Assembly: GCA_020184695.1 (NCBI GenBank)
Contig: JAANOX010000246.1
Location: forward strand, 124,001-188,000
From: Histomonas meleagridis 2922-C6/04-290x
Lineage: Eukaryota; Protista; Parabasalia
Length of the DNA: 64,000 nt
Direction: 5' to 3'
Shown here: one piece after another, positions 59,628 to 64,000 of the stretch
Numbering within the stretch: position 1 is the first letter of the stretch
Layout: every line of letters begins with the position of its first letter
Notes under the pieces: model-generated
The model's database searches: none
What the model saw: the letters and a program-made list of their open reading frames with translations, nothing else
What the model was told of the DNA's origin: nothing
Program-made: the position numbers and the translations under genes

Positions 59628-61343
59628 TTATTTACTTAACAAGTGTTTCAGGTTTTGGAGGTATGTATATTTATAAGGTCTTTCATTTCTGTAATTGTCA
59701 ATTTTCTTTATCAATTGTTTTGCATTATTACTTATGAAAGCCTTAAGTTTTTCTTTACTTTTTTCATTTACCACATTTGCTTGTATATTTATTTTTTCAT
59801 TAATTTTATTTGATATTATTTTTACAAATTTGCCGAAATATTTTGTTCCATAATCCGATTTAATCATTTCGATTGTATCATCAAATGATGAAAAAATGAA
59901 ATTTCTTTGTTGTGCATCATATTTTGATAAAAAAGGTCGAACAGCTGCTTTCAAAAGAGAAAACAACACTTCGAATGCGATTGTTTTATCATTATATATT
60001 ATAATTACACTAATTATAATACTTCTTATCATATATAATGCTTTATTTGGAATTTCATTAAATTCATTAGAAATTATGTTCAAAAAATCCGAATTCGAAT
60101 CGATTTTCTTTTCAATCATTTCTTTTATAATTAATGATAACCATTTACTTGAAACAGACACAAACAACGAAATAATTGAAGTTGAATATTGTGTTTTATC
60201 AACAAATAATTTCGAAATTTCAGTTTTAGAAAATTCAGCAAAAAGAATTGTTCGAAGTAAATAATCAATTCTTGAATACATTGAAAAAACATTAAATATA
60301 ATACTTGCAATTGTAGTTGTTAACTCAGAACAATTTAATAAAGAAAGCACAAGTGTTAAATCAGGTGAAATAAGTGCAGAACATATTAAATCAGTGGAAT
60401 CTTCCGCCATTAACTTCATATATGATTTAACGATTGAATAACTCGAAAATGAATTAATTTTAGTAATAGCTTCACTAATTTTATTTGGAGATTCAATTGA
60501 AAGTATTGTTTTATTATCGCTCTTTAATATGATTTTGTTATTAGTGTTATGTAATGTTATATTTGTTAATGGATATGTTTTGTTACCAATGTGAATAGTT
60601 TTGTCAAGTGTTATTCGCGCTTTAAGTGATGAATAAAAGTTAAATTTGGATATCCGCTGATCTGAAAGAGGATTAAGAGCTTCGTTGTCAATATAAAATT
60701 GTTCTGAAAATTCCAATAGATAATCATCAATTTCTTTTTCATCCATTTCACTTGAACTTATTTCATTTTGAAGATCATTGAGTGTGGATTTAATGACATT
60801 TGAAGTTTTCCTAAAAGGGAAAAAGAAACTAGAAAATAGCATTAAAAATGAAAATCCTTCATTACTGAAATTAATGGAATTCATATTTGATGAAATAACA
60901 ATTTCATCATTGACTAAAACTTGGAAGTTTTGATTGAAAATTTCATCTAGATCAACTTCATCACTTGAATTTGTTGAACTAAGATCTTGGATTTCGTCAA
61001 GATTTGATGTATTTGTTTCACAAATTTTCCGTTTTGTGTTACTGCTTTTTCTTGGTGAGATAAAAGTGTGATTAAAATTATTGATAACATTTGATCCTTT
61101 GGATGATTTTCGTAAATAACGCTTTGCATTTCGTATTTTTTGGATTTGAATGAAGTTTTGTATTTCACTGAGACATTCTTCTATGTCAATATGCTCATTA
61201 TTAATTATATTAGTATTATTACGACTTTGTATGAATTCTTGAATTTCCTTACTGCATTCATCAAGGTTTTCAATAAGTTTTACGTCAGGAACTTCTTGAG
61301 GATTTTCGTTCTTTGTTGGGATTTCACTGTTTTGACCCAACAT
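59628..61343 (-). CDS. Hypothetical protein; C-terminal region possibly degenerate RasGAP-like
   Basis: 571-aa ORF. DYLLRTILFAEFSKTEISKLF...KWLSLII loosely resembles RasGAP-like parabasalid families (inference). Confidence 0.6.
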   Translation of the reverse strand: MLGQNSEIPTKNENPQEVPDVKLIENLDECSKEIQEFIQSRNNTNIINNEHIDIEECLSEIQNFIQIQKIRNAKRYLRKSSKGSNVINNFNHTFISPRKSSNTKRKICETNTSNLDEIQDLSSTNSSDEVDLDEIFNQNFQVLVNDEIVISSNMNSINFSNEGFSFLMLFSSFFFPFRKTSNVIKSTLNDLQNEISSSEMDEKEIDDYLLEFSEQFYIDNEALNPLSDQRISKFNFYSSLKARITLDKTIHIGNKTYPLTNITLHNTNNKIILKSDNKTILSIESPNKISEAITKINSFSSYSIVKSYMKLMAEDSTDLICSALISPDLTLVLSLLNCSELTTTIASIIFNVFSMYSRIDYLLRTILFAEFSKTEISKLFVDKTQYSTSIISLFVSVSSKWLSLIIKEMIEKKIDSNSDFLNIISNEFNEIPNKALYMIRSIIISVIIIYNDKTIAFEVLFSLLKAAVRPFLSKYDAQQRNFIFSSFDDTIEMIKSDYGTKYFGKFVKIISNKINEKINIQANVVNEKSKEKLKAFISNNAKQLIKKIDNYRNERPYKYTYLQNLKHLLSK

Positions 61344-61483
61344 TATGTATGTACGTTAATAATAGGACTGCAGTCAAAATGGGTACATGAGGAATTTTTT
61401 AATGAACACCTTTAAGTATTATTGTACTTAGGGGATACTTGTGCATTACCATCCATAATCAAAACAAGATAATGAGTTCAAAA

Positions 61484-61854
61484 AATTTAATTTATTTATA
61501 TTTAAATCGAGGTCACAAAACATAAATTTACATAATTGTATCATCTATCACCTCAAACTTTGAAGCTAGTGCAAATAAGAAATTTTTTTGTCGAATTATT
61601 TAACAACAGAGAAGAAAATAAAAACAAAGAAAATAAGATTTAACAAAAATAATAATATGGTAAATGAGACATTCTTCTTGTTAAAAAAGATCTCTATTTT
61701 GATATGAAGTTTTTACCATTTCGATTAAAATTTCATGTGTATTAATTCCATTCTTGGCTGACACTTCTTTGAATTTTGCTCCAAACCTGCGTGCGATGCA
61801 TTTGCCTTCTTCTTTTTTAACCACTCGCATGTATTCCAAATCAATTTTATTTCC
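61484..61854 (-). repeat. Source copy of the 57799-58169 duplication
   Basis: Matches 57799-58169 at an offset of 3685 bp. Confidence 0.95.
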
Positions 61855-62205
61855 AATTAGAAATAAAGGTGTACCATAGGGAATTTTATCTTTGCATTTG
61901 TTCATTGCAACAATGGTGTTTTCAAAAGATTCACGATTAGAAATATCATAAACAAAAAAAAAGGTATGGACTTTAAACACATTAACACGAATCAGTTCAC
62001 CTGAATATTCATAAAAAATTTGAAGCCGAATCTTTGTTTTATCTTCCAGTTCAATTCGTTTAATTTTAAAATTAATCCCAAGAGTAGATGGGGGATCATC
62101 TTGGAATTTATCATAAAGTAACCGGTTGAGAAAATAGATAATACTTCCTGGTGCTTGGTGTCCGCATTGGATTGCATACATCACCAGCTTTACTTCGTCT
62201 TCCAT
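61681..62205 (-). CDS. Atypical Rab-like small GTPase
   Basis: STLGINFKIKRIEL...IRLQI...VYDISNRESFE...LIGNKIDL...FKEVSAK. The G1 and G3 motifs are degenerate and there is no C-terminal Cys. Confidence 0.8.
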   Translation of the reverse strand: MEDEVKLVMYAIQCGHQAPGSIIYFLNRLLYDKFQDDPPSTLGINFKIKRIELEDKTKIRLQIFYEYSGELIRVNVFKVHTFFFVYDISNRESFENTIVAMNKCKDKIPYGTPLFLIGNKIDLEYMRVVKKEEGKCIARRFGAKFKEVSAKNGINTHEILIEMVKTSYQNRDLF

Positions 62206-62965
62206 TTTGCCCTTAATCTGAAGGTTAGTGTAAATAAACGGTCGTTTTACACCTTAAATGCAAATGTAAAAAAACTCTATTTCACAGCACACAAAAATGA
62301 TAAAAACCCAGTGCCTTTGAACCTGTGTCAACTAGAGAGTGGATGGATGAGGCTAAACTGGACAGAAAGGAATTTTTTGAAGGCTGCACACGCAAAATTT
62401 GATAAATTTACATATTTATTTTGATAACTTTATTTATAATGAAAAAGTGGAATTAGGGGCACCTGTTTGTGTCTTCGGACTCATTTTATGAAAAAGGGGA
62501 TATTTCAATTTTCTGATTTTATTTTCATCTTTGCCAAAGTATCGAAAAATCGAGAGTATTGAATTTGGAATTGAGCAAACTGTGTATAGTTTCTGGGCAA
62601 AATAGAAATAATGGGTTTGAGCTTGATAAACAAACTTAGAGCAAGTAAGATCACATTTTGTGATATTATATATACTGAAAATAAATCTTTAAAAAAAAAA
62701 AAGAAGTAAATTCATTTTTTTTTAGGAAATGGATTTCATTTATATCAGCGCCGATATAAAAAAACTAATGACAAAGTTGTTTTTGATTTTTTTATATTTA
62801 ATGAATGTAATCATAGCAAGAAATCGAGAAAAAATAAAAAACAACGAACGATATATTTTCTGATATTTACATTCTTCAAATCATTTACAACAATTTATAT
62901 ATTAACGTTCACCGATTATTTGTGGTGAAAACGCTCGAAAATCTCTGAAAAACCTATCAATAAAA

Positions 62966-64000
62966 ATGGGAGGAGTAGCAACATCACCAATTCCAAACAA
63001 CAGCTCTAAATCAAAATTAATAGTAGATGGGAATATCATTGGATTTGCTAACCCACGGTATCGCCAGGAAGAATTTTTAGCAAGATTTTATAAACAAACA
63101 AATTCAGAAGAGCCCAAAAAGATTCATAGTCCTAAGCAACTTTGTGACTTACTTCTTGGGTGTTATGAACAACTTGATAGAATTGAAGATATTCTTGAGG
63201 CAATAATTACAAATAATCAAAAAGAAGTTAGTCCCAAAATTATTGATTTGGATGAGTTGTTTGGATTTGTTGGTACTCCTGTTAGGGTAAGAAATAACTT
63301 TTTTTTACATTTAGGAACTCTTGATCCACAAATAATAACTCCTGTTGTTGAATATAACAAGTCTAGCCAACCTGCGTTTCAAGATATTCTTTCTACCTTT
63401 AGTTTTTATAAGAATAGTTTGAATTCTAAAGCTAAGATTCCAACACAAATATCAAATCTTTTCAAATTTTTCCATGATTCATCACCATATTCTTGCCTTC
63501 CCCCGCCCAATGAATCATATCAAATTGATACAGAAGGAGGAACAGTTTCATTTACAGACAATGTTGTATATACCCATGGAATTTCAAGTAATGGTCAATT
63601 TCTTTTTGTATTATGTGGTTCAGGCATTTTAGAAATCTTTCCTTTATTTAACATGGGCACATTAATTCCACCAATTCAACGGAAGCTTCAACATGAGTTT
63701 GATGAAACGGCATCTCTTATTTCTAATTCGAAATCGGTAGTTACATTTTGGAAAGGACTTTCACATCAATATCAAATTGTTGATTTAATCAACAAAATCG
63801 ATAATCCAATTGTACAAAACTTTAATCCAAACACACTCTTAACGGTCAACAGCTCTGTTTCCAATGTTTTAATTGAAAAAGATTATCATTATACAGTATA
63901 TCATGGTGAAGTCACAAGGAAAGGGAAATTTACCACTGGTAAGAATCCATTAAATCCCGCATTTAAGACATTATTTCCTAAAGTTGATTATTCAACAATA
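62966..64000 (+). CDS. 5' part of a large hypothetical protein (open to window end)
   Basis: ATG at 62966 (MGGVATSPIPN...); the frame stays open where I read it and runs off the window, so it is absent from the ORF track. MG start, possible myristoylation. Confidence 0.7.
   Translation, partial: MGGVATSPIPNNSSKSKLIVDGNIIGFANPRYRQEEFLARFYKQTNSEEPKKIHSPKQLCDLLLGCYEQLDRIEDILEAIITNNQKEVSPKIIDLDELFGFVGTPVRVRNNFFLHLGTLDPQIITPVVEYNKSSQPAFQDILSTFSFYKNSLNSKAKIPTQISNLFKFFHDSSPYSCLPPPNESYQIDTEGGTVSFTDNVVYTHGISSNGQFLFVLCGSGILEIFPLFNMGTLIPPIQRKLQHEFDETASLISNSKSVVTFWKGLSHQYQIVDLINKIDNPIVQNFNPNTLLTVNSSVSNVLIEKDYHYTVYHGEVTRKGKFTTGKNPLNPAFKTLFPKVDYSTI

Noticed and set aside
8276-62424. Numerous 60-150 aa antisense or alternative-frame ORFs inside larger genes (e.g. 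39341-39778, 50943-51380, 59896-60264)
   Set aside because: Shadow ORFs of AT-rich coding sequence with no domain signal.
63286-63314. Possible short intron gtaagaaataacttttttttacatttag
   Set aside because: The ORF reads through in frame (VRVRNNFFLHLGT), removal of these 28 nt would shift the frame, and there is no branch motif.

Overview
AT-rich, gene-dense eukaryotic DNA, most consistent with a parabasalid protist (Tritrichomonas/Histomonas/Trichomonas group). Support for that: BspA-like LRR surface proteins, a DUF3447-ankyrin gene, Inr (TCATTT) and M3-type (CCGTT/AACGG) core promoter motifs, and essentially intronless genes; the species cannot be fixed from sequence alone. The window holds about 30 genes or gene remnants (BspA x2, RPP40, LST8, PHD, Fip1, kelch, ARM, a bacterial-type GNAT, CASC1/DNAI7, CK1, IDI, EF-hand, talin-like, importin-beta-like, Rac, SA/Scc3, TPR, Rab-likes) plus decayed mariner and pogo-like transposases. 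Many small homopolymer frameshifts cluster at about 2-13 kb and 46.6-49 kb and are probably consensus errors or local decay. The standout is the ankyrin gene at 24691-30538 (-). Its 28 C-terminal repeats are each separated from the preceding one by an AT-rich spacer at the same codon position, exactly 86 nt in 24 of 28 cases, with no usable GT-AG ends, while the repeat cassettes stay stop-free. This suggests an unrecognised fixed-length, non-canonical intron or excision system. No rRNA, tRNA or CRISPR was recognised.
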